Source: an uncultured virus (IMG/VR IMGVR_UViG_3300028591_000091)
Taxonomy: Duplodnaviria > Heunggongvirae > Uroviricota > Caudoviricetes
DNA: 49,500 bases
Reading direction: 5' to 3' (one strand)
Virus record (IMG/VR): IMGVR_UViG_3300028591_000091
The position numbers were made by a program, and so were the translations under genes. Shown piece after piece: positions 1-8,509 of the stretch. Position 1 is the stretch's first letter, and the number at the start of each line of letters is the position of its first letter. The notes under the pieces were generated by a model. It searched no databases. It saw nothing but the letters and a program-made list of their open reading frames with translations, and had not been told where the DNA came from.

Positions 1-288
1 AAAGCTTGTGGTTGTTTTGAATGTGAGGTGAAGAAAAGATGGAGGCAAGAAATTAAAGGAGATGATTATAATGAACAGGTAATTTCTAGGATGGGTGATT
101 TATTCAAAGTAGGAAATAAATATTCAAAATCTGGTATAAAAGATTCTCTAAAAAAGTTATATCAAGAATTAGGATATAATAAGACGGCGAAAGCTACGGA
201 CCTAGAAGTGTTGTATGTTATGAAAGCCATTAAGGTATTAGAAGAAGGTAAATGGGTACATGGCTTTGAAATATTAGGAAGGAGGTAG
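1..288 (+). CDS. 3' part (5'-truncated by window edge) of a protein with the C-terminal domain shared with 25301..26344 and 26416..28431
   Basis: Frame is open from base 1 (KACGCFECEVKKRW...). The C-terminus FKVGNKYSKSGIKDSLKKLYQELGYNKTAKATDL...GKWVHGFEILGRR aligns by eye with FKPGYRYSKSRIKETLKEMYQKYGYQKTAKASDL...GKWVNGFEIQGKR of 25301..26344. Confidence 0.85.
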   Translation, partial: KACGCFECEVKKRWRQEIKGDDYNEQVISRMGDLFKVGNKYSKSGIKDSLKKLYQELGYNKTAKATDLEVLYVMKAIKVLEEGKWVHGFEILGRR

Positions 289-289
289 A

Positions 290-643
290 ATGTTTAAAAG
301 AGAATTTAGAGATATGTTAGGAAGGGTAGTTAAAGTTGATGATATTTTAGTCTACTGTTCCCCTTTCGATGGTCTTCATGCTTTATTAGTAACCCAAGAA
401 GATCCCGATGGTTTATTATATGTCAGTCCTTTAAAGTCGGATCGTTTAGATGAGGGTGAAGAATGGTTTCAGGCTTTTGATGCTCCTACTTATTGTTGGG
501 ATATTCTAGAAAGAGCGATTAGACATATAAAAGTTAGTAGGAGATGTTTTCCAATAGATCTTTATAGTGATTATATTATTCTGGAAGATATAGATGAGAA
601 AACGAAAATTGTAGGAACTTCAAGATTAGCAAAAATATGTTAG
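290..643 (+). CDS. hypothetical phage protein
   Basis: 117-aa ORF starting 1 nt after the previous stop; N-terminal D-x-x-G-R-x-x-K-V-D-D-x-x-V-Y pattern also seen in the next ORF. Confidence 0.7.
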   Translation: MFKREFRDMLGRVVKVDDILVYCSPFDGLHALLVTQEDPDGLLYVSPLKSDRLDEGEEWFQAFDAPTYCWDILERAIRHIKVSRRCFPIDLYSDYIILEDIDEKTKIVGTSRLAKIC

Positions 644-1062
644 TACGTCATAAATCGAAAGCTTGTCCTGGTCATTATTATTACCGAGAAGAATCAGACC
701 CAGACACTTGGTATTACGATAAATTTGGAAGAAAACCTAGACTTGGAGATTATTTTGTTTATACTCAGATAGACTCCAACGGTATTCATCATCTTCATTT
801 TGGTGTGATCTATTTACAGAGTCATATCATAAAAGAGAGGGATCCGATAACTGGGAAACCTATATGGGTGATAACAATTCTTCATTATGCTAGAGTTCGT
901 AGTTCACCTGTTCCACATAAAGGGGAGAAGTTAGTGAAAACTTTAGAAAATGGTTTGTCCTTATTTTCTCCTTTCTATGAATTAAGCAGTGTAAGATCTG
1001 AAAATGGGATTGTCCTTTTAAAGCCAGAGGTAGTAACTGGTGCTTTTCCGAATCTAAGATAA
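637..1062 (+). CDS. hypothetical phage protein
   Basis: 141-aa ORF overlapping the previous stop; DKFGRKPRLGDYFVY resembles the motif in 290..643. Confidence 0.7.
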   Translation: MLVRHKSKACPGHYYYREESDPDTWYYDKFGRKPRLGDYFVYTQIDSNGIHHLHFGVIYLQSHIIKERDPITGKPIWVITILHYARVRSSPVPHKGEKLVKTLENGLSLFSPFYELSSVRSENGIVLLKPEVVTGAFPNLR

Positions 1063-1064
1063 AA

Positions 1065-1224
1065 ATGGAGGGAAGAGAAAGGCGTAAAATAGAGGCGCGA
1101 GTTTGTTATACTTACTCCGTCTTTATTTTTATTCTCGCGCTAATTTTCAAGGCCAGGAAATTCTTGCTTTCGCTTTCTAAGATTTGGCCTTTATCACCAT
1201 CACGCCTTGTTTAGATCCCTCCAT
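1065..1224. repeat. branched inverted-repeat element (two nested outer stems plus two internal arms)
   Basis: ATGGAGGGA(1065)/TCCCTCCAT(1216); AAGGCGT(1079)/ACGCCTT(1202); GCGCGAG(1095)/CTCGCGC(1134); AAGGCCA(1149)/TGGCCTT(1185). Confidence 0.85.
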
Positions 1225-1256
1225 ATTATCATTTTGCCCTTTTATCCCCTCTCAAA

Positions 1257-1267
1257 CCTTATACTTG
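1257..1267 (+). promoter_or_regulatory. putative phage promoter, proximal box CCTTATACTTG
   Basis: Matches the recurrent CCTTAnnnnTG motif upstream of operons; followed by hairpin GGAAGGG..CTCTTCC and then thyX. Confidence 0.6.
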
Positions 1268-1317
1268 TGGAAGGGCTTATGACTCTTCCTGGATATTATT
1301 AATTTAAAAATGATATT

Positions 1318-2274
1318 ATGAAAATAGAAAAACCGAAAGTAGAGATGCTAGTACAAGAACCTGGCATACTCGGAATGTATCGTTTTATTGAGAGAGCTGG
1401 TAGAATTGCTTATAAAACGGAAGATAGAATAACGGATGATTCTTGGTCACGTTTTTTAAAGATGTTACGTGAAAGAGGACATTGGGCAGTATTCAATCAG
1501 GGAACTGTTTATCTTCGTTTTAATCCTGCCTCTCATATGGAAGAGTGGAGAAAACTGAAAGAGACAAAGCCTTGGACGAAATGGACTAAGGATTCAGACT
1601 GGGTAAATGTAACAACCGATTATCGTATTATCTTACAACTGGGATTAGAGCAGTTTATGGAGAATAACTGGGAAGAACCAGACTCAAGTTTTTATCGTCG
1701 AGTAGGATCTTATTGGTCTTGTTCTCGTGCTACTTCTCATCAGCTAGTTCGTCATCGTCTTTATAATTTTTTAATGGCTAGTCAACGCTATTGTAATTAT
1801 AGTAAAGATAAGTTTGGTGGAGAACTTACTTATATTCTTCCGCAATGGATTTATCGAGTGAGGGATGATATTGGTAATACGATAGATCCTGTTACTCTTG
1901 AGTCTAGGAAGTGGATTCTTAGGCTTGATGGAGATAAACTTTGGGATGAACTTACCTTGTGGGATCGAACTGTATCTGGTCATGATAATATCTGGAAAGC
2001 TATAGAAAAGGAATATATGGCTGAATTAGTAGCTGGGGATGGAGAAATATTAAAACCTGAAGAAGCACGTGGAATTTTACCCAATGATGTTAAGACTGAA
2101 TTGATTATGACTGGTTATGTGAGAGATTGGTTTTATGAACCTCCCCTAGATTCTTCAGAGAAAGCAGGATTTTTCTCTCTTAGATGTGCTCAAGATGCTC
2201 AACAAGATATTCGAGTATTAGCACAAGATTTGAAAGACCAGATGATACAAAATGGAGTAAACAAATGGAAATAA
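1318..2274 (+). CDS. thyX: FAD-dependent thymidylate synthase
   Basis: ThyX signature CSRATSHQLVRHR-x6-SQRY, plus RGHWAVF, PEEARGILP and LRCAQDAQQDIR. Confidence 0.95.
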   Translation: MKIEKPKVEMLVQEPGILGMYRFIERAGRIAYKTEDRITDDSWSRFLKMLRERGHWAVFNQGTVYLRFNPASHMEEWRKLKETKPWTKWTKDSDWVNVTTDYRIILQLGLEQFMENNWEEPDSSFYRRVGSYWSCSRATSHQLVRHRLYNFLMASQRYCNYSKDKFGGELTYILPQWIYRVRDDIGNTIDPVTLESRKWILRLDGDKLWDELTLWDRTVSGHDNIWKAIEKEYMAELVAGDGEILKPEEARGILPNDVKTELIMTGYVRDWFYEPPLDSSEKAGFFSLRCAQDAQQDIRVLAQDLKDQMIQNGVNKWK

Positions 2275-3230
2275 TTAAAGATCCAATTTTATACGAAAGG
2301 CTTCTACAAAGAGATAAGCTCATGGGTTATAGAGAGTGGGCTGAAATAATGGAGTCTGGTCAAAGGGAAACTTGTTATAGATGCAACAAACCTTTGGAGC
2401 CTCTTTCTTATCTTGATCCAGATTTCTTCACTCTCCCGTGTTGGTCCTGTGTTGGGAGGAAGAGAACGGAAAAAGAGTTAATGGTTGAAAGTGTGATTAG
2501 GAATATTCGAGATTTTTATATTAGCAAAATATTAGGGGATAGATATTTTCAACTATTCTTAATTGATCCCATCTATTTTGCTAACACACTCCCCCATACT
2601 TACTTAGAATTTAAAAAGGTTATTTCCAAATTAAATCCCCCTAGTAGAAATGATATATGGTTCTTAGATTGGGTTCCTGGTTTTCCAAAGATTATATCAA
2701 CGAAAAACATAGAAGGGTTAAAAATTGTCAACTTATCCTCACACTATAATATTAGTCTAGAGAAAAAAAAGACGGTAGTTGATGATTATGAGATCTTATT
2801 TCCTGAGGAGATAAAGACTGGAACTAGACATAGAACTAGGTATGGAATTTTTAGTAAAGGAAATGATAATAGGAAAAGTAAGAGATTAAGACTTGGAGAT
2901 CGTTGTTATCAATTGTACAATACAGATGATCCAAATATTAAATCACTTTTTCGTCTTACTTTACGAGGAGAAGAAATAGGATTTAGAAGTTTAAGTTATC
3001 AGGACTATGTTATTTTAAAACTAGCTTTGATGAGAAATCGAAGTTTTCTTAAGTTTGTGTTTGATGTTTTATCAGAATTAACACGTCAGGTTAGTATTTT
3101 CAGAGATGCTGTATTTTTAAAAAATACTGTCTTGATTGATCCTAAAAAGACTTTAAAAGTAAACTTAGTTTGGAATCCTATAAGTGATGAAATTATAGAA
3201 GACTTTGTTAATTTATCGTTATTATCATGA
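2265..3230 (+). CDS. hypothetical protein with N-terminal CxxC...CxxC zinc ribbon
   Basis: CYRC...CWSC. Start placed at ATG 2265 (coupled to the end of thyX) rather than 2184. Confidence 0.75.
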   Translation: MEIIKDPILYERLLQRDKLMGYREWAEIMESGQRETCYRCNKPLEPLSYLDPDFFTLPCWSCVGRKRTEKELMVESVIRNIRDFYISKILGDRYFQLFLIDPIYFANTLPHTYLEFKKVISKLNPPSRNDIWFLDWVPGFPKIISTKNIEGLKIVNLSSHYNISLEKKKTVVDDYEILFPEEIKTGTRHRTRYGIFSKGNDNRKSKRLRLGDRCYQLYNTDDPNIKSLFRLTLRGEEIGFRSLSYQDYVILKLALMRNRSFLKFVFDVLSELTRQVSIFRDAVFLKNTVLIDPKKTLKVNLVWNPISDEIIEDFVNLSLLS

Positions 3231-4357
3231 ACAAAAATAAAATAAAAGGTGTAGGATTAGATTGTTCTACTTTATCATATCGTCCTGCAGATTGGATTCT
3301 CCCGGATAATCTATACTATGATACTTCCTCTAATAATTTTCAATGCATAAAAGGATTAACTGAAGGAAAGAACCTGATAATAAGAGTAGGAACAGCAAAA
3401 GAAGGACTTATTCAGATCTTGGAAGGTTTAGGATTAGATAGACCCATAGATATTCTCCTTCTTCCGACATCAAAAATAGATCCTACCATATTAAAAGAAG
3501 CATTGGATAAATTTGATATAAAGAACGTTGGAATAGACCGGCCGGAATCTCTCACACAACTAGGGGAAGCGGCGGAATTAATAAAAAGCGTAATAATTCC
3601 TACCTATATTTCTCTTAATCTATGTCCCTTATATTTTCAAAAAGAGATTATAGATTGGGCTGAAGAAAATGAAGTTAGGGTTTTAGGTTTTAATCCTTTT
3701 GGCGGTTTTGTTTCTTCCTCTTCCATCATTGAATCTTTCTCTATTCCTTTTCTCTTAAATTTTTCCGCCGCATATTCAGAAGTTGTGTTTCTATCCGGCC
3801 GAGATCCTTACAACGCTACTAATTATCAAGATTACCTCCTGAGTTTAGTTGGTGAAGATAGGATGGAAAATGATATGATTGAAATAGAAAAAAGTGTAAA
3901 TCATCTGGTAAAACCACTTCCTCAGCTTGTCTATATGGGATTAAAGATGAGTGATGGTTCTATAATTCCTATATCCAATCCTGACTCTATATTTAATCCT
4001 GGAGAACTTGTATTTGATTCTGAAGAAATTATGTGGGAGGATAAGACAGAAAACTTAGATACAGATGATATTATAAAAAGTATCTTAGAATTTAATCTTT
4101 TCTCTCTTCCAATCTCCAAAGACTATGATAAACCAACGAACCTCTCTATAATTCTTCCTTCCATTATGAAAGAACTGAAGAAAACGGGAAGTGAAGTTGA
4201 AATGGTGAAACTAGGGGATCAGACTTTTCTAATCAAGGTAGAGAAAACGTTTAGAGAGATGAGATATGTTTGGTGGGATAAAGTATGGAAAGAGAAATCA
4301 TATTATATTCTTCATATGACTGAAGAAGGAGAAATGAAAGTTAAATTCTGGAAGTAA
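3227..4357 (+). CDS. degenerate aldo/keto-reductase-like (TIM barrel) protein
   Basis: LGLDRPIDILLL, IKNVGID and PTYISLNLCPLYFQKEIIDWAEENEVRVLGFNPFGG echo AKR consensus segments (LGLDYIDLYLIH, VKAIGVS, NQIECHP..Q..L...C...GI.V.AYSPLG). Confidence 0.6.
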   Translation: MNKNKIKGVGLDCSTLSYRPADWILPDNLYYDTSSNNFQCIKGLTEGKNLIIRVGTAKEGLIQILEGLGLDRPIDILLLPTSKIDPTILKEALDKFDIKNVGIDRPESLTQLGEAAELIKSVIIPTYISLNLCPLYFQKEIIDWAEENEVRVLGFNPFGGFVSSSSIIESFSIPFLLNFSAAYSEVVFLSGRDPYNATNYQDYLLSLVGEDRMENDMIEIEKSVNHLVKPLPQLVYMGLKMSDGSIIPISNPDSIFNPGELVFDSEEIMWEDKTENLDTDDIIKSILEFNLFSLPISKDYDKPTNLSIILPSIMKELKKTGSEVEMVKLGDQTFLIKVEKTFREMRYVWWDKVWKEKSYYILHMTEEGEMKVKFWK

Positions 4358-4364
4358 ACATATT

Positions 4365-4401
4365 AAAATGCGCTTTCCCAGACTTGAATGCCTTAGTAAT
4401 G
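4365..4401 (+). promoter_or_regulatory. putative bipartite phage promoter
   Basis: AAAATGCGC(4365-4373)-17 nt-CCTTAGTAATG(4391-4401), followed by a 5' hairpin TTGTTAG..CTAACAA. Confidence 0.7.
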
Positions 4402-4462
4402 AATTGTTAGGGAGCAAAATCTCTAACAAAAATAAACATAATAATAAAAATATCGAAAAGTT

Positions 4463-4879
4463 ATGAGAATTTACAACGGTACAAAAAAAGCTCTCACCCT
4501 ACCTTATACTGGTGGTGAGACATTGACAATTCCCGCTCATCAACCTTCGGGCAATGTTCTCTGTAGTTCTGAGTTTTTAAGCACTATTATCACAGCTTAT
4601 AACACAGATGAGATTGCTATTATTGCCTCTGGTCCTTTTGAGATCTCTGCATGCGCTAATGTTCCAACGGCTACTAACTATGTAGTTCAGTCTTTGGATG
4701 AGGCTATTGCAAGATTTAATCCTGATGCTAAGAAAATTCAGGAAATGGAAAAGGAGAAAGTTAAGGAAGAGCCGAAGAAGCAGCCTGAACTGAAGCCTGA
4801 GACACTCAAGAAGAAGGACAAGAAAGAGTCTGCAGAAAAAACTGAGGACGAGAAAAAGCCTGAAGAAAAGGCGGAGTAA
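4463..4879 (+). CDS. hypothetical protein with highly charged K/E-rich tail
   Basis: 138-aa ORF with its own promoter motif and a downstream hairpin. Confidence 0.8.
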   Translation: MRIYNGTKKALTLPYTGGETLTIPAHQPSGNVLCSSEFLSTIITAYNTDEIAIIASGPFEISACANVPTATNYVVQSLDEAIARFNPDAKKIQEMEKEKVKEEPKKQPELKPETLKKKDKKESAEKTEDEKKPEEKAE

Positions 4880-4886
4880 ACCAAAC

Positions 4887-4931
4887 ATAGGGAACTTTTT
4901 GAAGATGATAATTCGGATGAGAGTTCCCTAT
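4887..4931 (+). terminator. hairpin (terminator or processing site)
   Basis: ATAGGGAACT/AGTTCCCTAT inverted repeat after the stop codon; large loop and short T tract. Confidence 0.45.
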
Positions 4932-4948
4932 TTAAATTTAAACCTTAT

Positions 4949-6001
4949 ATGAGTTTTGAATATAAGGAGATTATAAAGAAAAACGGTAGAATTTTAGTCT
5001 TCTGTAACTTTGAAGATCTGCTCAAAGAGGCCTATGGTGTAAATACTATGGATCAAGTTGAAGCAGTTATGGAGAAGAAAGGTACTGAAATTATAGCACG
5101 ATGCCCATTCTGTAAACATGAACATACAAAATCTAAATTGTATATTCGTGACGATATGACTACGGGATGGTGCTTCTTATGTAATAGAACCTACATTAAT
5201 GTAACTGATACCTTAAATACTGATGTAGTTGTTCCACGTACTTTCGCAGATTTTGGAGCAGGGCCTTTAAAGTTTGAGCTCCCTGTTATGAAAGATAGCG
5301 AATGGAGTTTGGATAAATATTACTATGAATTTGATGATGAAAGCGATGTTGGAATGAAATATCTATTGGGTCGGCATGGATTTTTTAAAGATTTAGCAAA
5401 AGCACTGGGATTTAAATTTTGGAATGGTAATGTAGTCCTACCCTTTAAACACGATGGAGAAGTATATTATTATCAGATAAGATTTACGGGGAAGAATAAT
5501 AAGATTAGATATTTCTTACCGCCAGTATCTCAAAAATCATGTTATATAATTGAGAGATTAGAAGAAGATGTAAGACATAGAATCTTAATTGTTGAGGGCG
5601 TGTTCGATGCAGTAGCCTGTCTCCCCCAATGTCCAGATTTCACTCCAGTGGCGGTTTTAGGTTCCTCTATATCAGATTATCAGATAGCACAGATCCGAGA
5701 ATATGCAGGTTACGTGAAAGAGATCACAATTTGGATGGATGAAACGGACATCTCTATAAGAATAAAGAAGAAGGTAAGATCAATTATAGATTATTGCCCG
5801 ATTCATATCATCAAGTCTTATGGACCTGACCCAGAAGAAAGATTACAACGAAAACTAAAATATGGTCTTCCTCTGATCGAATATCGGAGTGAAGACGCAA
5901 TAAGAAAAGAACAAGAAAAAGATGCTGAGCTTAAAGAACAACAAGAATCTTGGAATGCTGGAACTTCAGACGGACGAGGATCAAGTGAGGTTTCTTCTTG
6001 A
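4949..6001 (+). CDS. DNA primase (zinc finger plus TOPRIM)
   Basis: CPFC...CFLC zinc-binding domain; TOPRIM motifs ILIVEGVFDA, VAVLGS and WMD. Confidence 0.9.
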   Translation: MSFEYKEIIKKNGRILVFCNFEDLLKEAYGVNTMDQVEAVMEKKGTEIIARCPFCKHEHTKSKLYIRDDMTTGWCFLCNRTYINVTDTLNTDVVVPRTFADFGAGPLKFELPVMKDSEWSLDKYYYEFDDESDVGMKYLLGRHGFFKDLAKALGFKFWNGNVVLPFKHDGEVYYYQIRFTGKNNKIRYFLPPVSQKSCYIIERLEEDVRHRILIVEGVFDAVACLPQCPDFTPVAVLGSSISDYQIAQIREYAGYVKEITIWMDETDISIRIKKKVRSIIDYCPIHIIKSYGPDPEERLQRKLKYGLPLIEYRSEDAIRKEQEKDAELKEQQESWNAGTSDGRGSSEVSS

Positions 6002-6323
6002 AGTTACAGAAAGAAAAACAGAATTTGTGCCCTGGAAAAGAAGGGTTGATACTGTAGTTAGAACTTATAGAATTTATGAACATAGGAAAACAGAAAAAGG
6101 AATAACTACATATTATCTCAGGCGTGGATGGGTTGCGTATCTTTTGAACACTTTTATTCATAGGATTAGCAAAGAAGAATATAACGATTTACTTCATGAT
6201 GTAATATATTCATCAAGTTATCGAACCTATCCGTTTAATGAATTGAGAGATTATCAAAACGAAGACGTCCTCCATTTGTTAAAATACAAGAGAGGAGTGC
6301 TGAGTTGTTATACCTCATACGGT
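5922..6323 (+). CDS. SF2 (UvsW/Rad25-like) helicase, exon 1
   Basis: Q-motif ELRDYQ followed by GVLSCYTSYG. Joining to 7411 restores Walker A CYTSYG|KT. The start may be the internal ATG at 5958. Confidence 0.85.
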
Positions 6324-7410
6324 ATTAATTCTCGTATTCAATTAACAATTTTTTAATTGAACAAATTATGAGAAGCAATTCATATATAAAGGAAGCTAAA
6401 GCTACTCCAAAAGAAACATTTGAGGAGTATGTAAATAAAGGGTATTCAAGGAAAAAGATCGCCGAAATATTCAAAATAAGTGAATCTTTTTTAGGAAAGA
6501 TTTTTAAAAATCTTAATATTCACACACATGCTCATGGGCAGGATGAAGAATACTATAATAAAAGAGCTAAGTTCAATATTTATAAATTTGATTCTATAGA
6601 TACAGAGGAGAAAAGTTATTGGTTGGGCCTTCTCTTTGCTGATGGATGTATCTCAAAAGATCAGGTTATCTTAAATTTAAAAGATTTAGATCATATTAAA
6701 AATTTAAGAGTTTTCTTGAGGATACTAGAGATGATGAACAAGCGATAAAGAAGTATGTAGTGAAAAGAGATGGAAAGGAATACATCTCATACACCTATCG
6801 AGCTTGTAATAAGTATTTTGTTAACACTCTAATAAACTTAGGCTGTGTTCGTAAAAAGTCTTTAATATTGAAATTCCCAGATGTAAATATATTCTCTGAA
6901 CATAAATTGATTTATGATTTTATTAGAGGATATGTAGATGGAGATGGAAGCTTAACCACTAATGGTAAAAGAGGCCGTCTTCAAATAATAATATTGGGTA
7001 CTTTAGAATTTTTAAGTGAAGTTAAAAAATATTTACCTCAATTCCCCAGTATTTATAAAAAAGAAAATATATTTAAGCTTGGATGTAGCTCAGATAAGGC
7101 AGATAAGATAGCTTACCAATTATATGAACATGCTAATATTTATTTAAGTAGAAAATACGAGAGATATGTCGCACTGTGTAAATTACATAACAGTGAAAAA
7201 TCGGATAAAATCGGTGAAAGCTGCGATGCTAATGCCGAGGTAACTTCTGAGATTGCGAAAGGCTCAGAGAGTACTGTAGAGAATAGTGAGTGAATAAATA
7301 TAATCTCACCACGAGTATCCGACATCTGAAAGGATGAAAATTTATTCCGAACTCTAGAGAATGTGAATCTAGAGAGCTATAGGATAAAGAGCCTATAGGA
7401 TAACAAAGTG
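6324..7410 (+). mobile_element. group I intron (IA-like) in the helicase gene, carrying a LAGLIDADG ORF
   Basis: Exon ends in U (6323) and intron ends in G (7410). P3 TCGGATA/TATCCGA; P4 region ATCGGTGAA..AATGCCGAG; P7 GAGAATA/TATTCCG; P8 CATC/GATG; P9 CTCTAGA/TCTAGAG and CTATAGG/CCTATAG. P1 is imperfect, so boundaries rest mainly on the restored Walker A. Confidence 0.9.
6368..7293 (+). pseudogene. two-motif LAGLIDADG homing endonuclease split by a -1 frameshift near 6700
   Basis: First motif SYWLGLLFADG in 6368..6748, second motif DFIRGYVDGDGS in the -1 frame, which is open from 6700. Fused product would be about 308 aa. Confidence 0.85.
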
Positions 7411-8499
7411 AAAACGCAGGTTATAGCAACGTTAGCTAATTATGCTGTGAGTTTAGGAAAGTCAGTTTTATTAGTGACACCAGGAACGAAGGCACAGGAT
7501 GAATTAGTAAAAAGATGTAAAAGCGTCTTCGGTTTAGATATTCCAAGTAAAGATGGAAAACTAGGCTGTATAATTACCAGCGGATTGAAAAATCGTAAAG
7601 ACTACAAAGATCCAAAAGGAAGAGCTAAGATTGAAGAATGGTTAAGAACTTTTGATTGGGTCTTGGCGGATGAAGTTGAATATACTATAAATGATGCTGG
7701 TAAATTTATATATTCAAACCTATCGGCGGAGAATGTTTATGGATTCTCTGGTACGAGTGATAAAAACTTTGCTGAAGCGATAACCTTTGAGAATGGTTTG
7801 TCTGATGTGGTATTAAGAAATAAGGATCTAATATCATACTTTGGACAGACCCTGGTTTATAGAGCTCCGGTCAATAAAGATATTGATGACATACAGATTA
7901 AAACATTAGCTTTAGATATGATTAAGTTTGAAGCTGATGATTTCTCTGAGGATGGAAATGTCTATATGAAAGTGATGAATAGAATATGGACGTCCCCAGA
8001 AGTATGTAGAGTAATAGTGAAAGTAGCTAAAAGATTTCCCTTACTATTTATTCCTATTAATAATCTAGCCAGCATCTTAACCGAATGGATAGATAAATGG
8101 TTTATAGGCACATTTAGGATTTTGCTCATCTGTGGCGAGGGGTATTTGTACTACGACCTTCAAGGAAATAAGACAAAACTTACATTATCTGAAGCCTGTG
8201 ATTATGTAAAGGCTGGAAAAGTAGATATTGTTCCTGCTACATCTTCAGGATATAGAGCACTAGATTTACCCTCCTTATCAAATATCTTATTAGTAGAGGG
8301 ATTGAAGGCTGGTGTCGTTTTACAATCGATAGGACGTATTGCAAGATCAGACCATATGAATATAATAACCCTTCAGTCCCTTAAAGGTAGAAAGATACCC
8401 GTCTATTCTAAGTCAGATGAAGCTAGAAAAGACTTGTATCAAAGCTATTATAAACATTGCAAAATTACGGAATCAGAAATAAACGAAGTAAATTTATAA
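7411..8499 (+). CDS. SF2 helicase, exon 2
   Basis: KT of Walker A, VLLVTP (Ia), VLADEVE (II), GFSGT (III), ALDLP (V), QSIGRIAR (VI). Confidence 0.9.
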   Translation, partial: KTQVIATLANYAVSLGKSVLLVTPGTKAQDELVKRCKSVFGLDIPSKDGKLGCIITSGLKNRKDYKDPKGRAKIEEWLRTFDWVLADEVEYTINDAGKFIYSNLSAENVYGFSGTSDKNFAEAITFENGLSDVVLRNKDLISYFGQTLVYRAPVNKDIDDIQIKTLALDMIKFEADDFSEDGNVYMKVMNRIWTSPEVCRVIVKVAKRFPLLFIPINNLASILTEWIDKWFIGTFRILLICGEGYLYYDLQGNKTKLTLSEACDYVKAGKVDIVPATSSGYRALDLPSLSNILLVEGLKAGVVLQSIGRIARSDHMNIITLQSLKGRKIPVYSKSDEARKDLYQSYYKHCKITESEINEVNL

Positions 8500-8509
8500 A
8501 ATTTATAAT

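Noticed and set aside
7408..7410. GTG 7408, GTG 10472 and ATG 45383 as independent gene starts
   Set aside because: These ORFs are second exons; splicing restores conserved catalytic motifs
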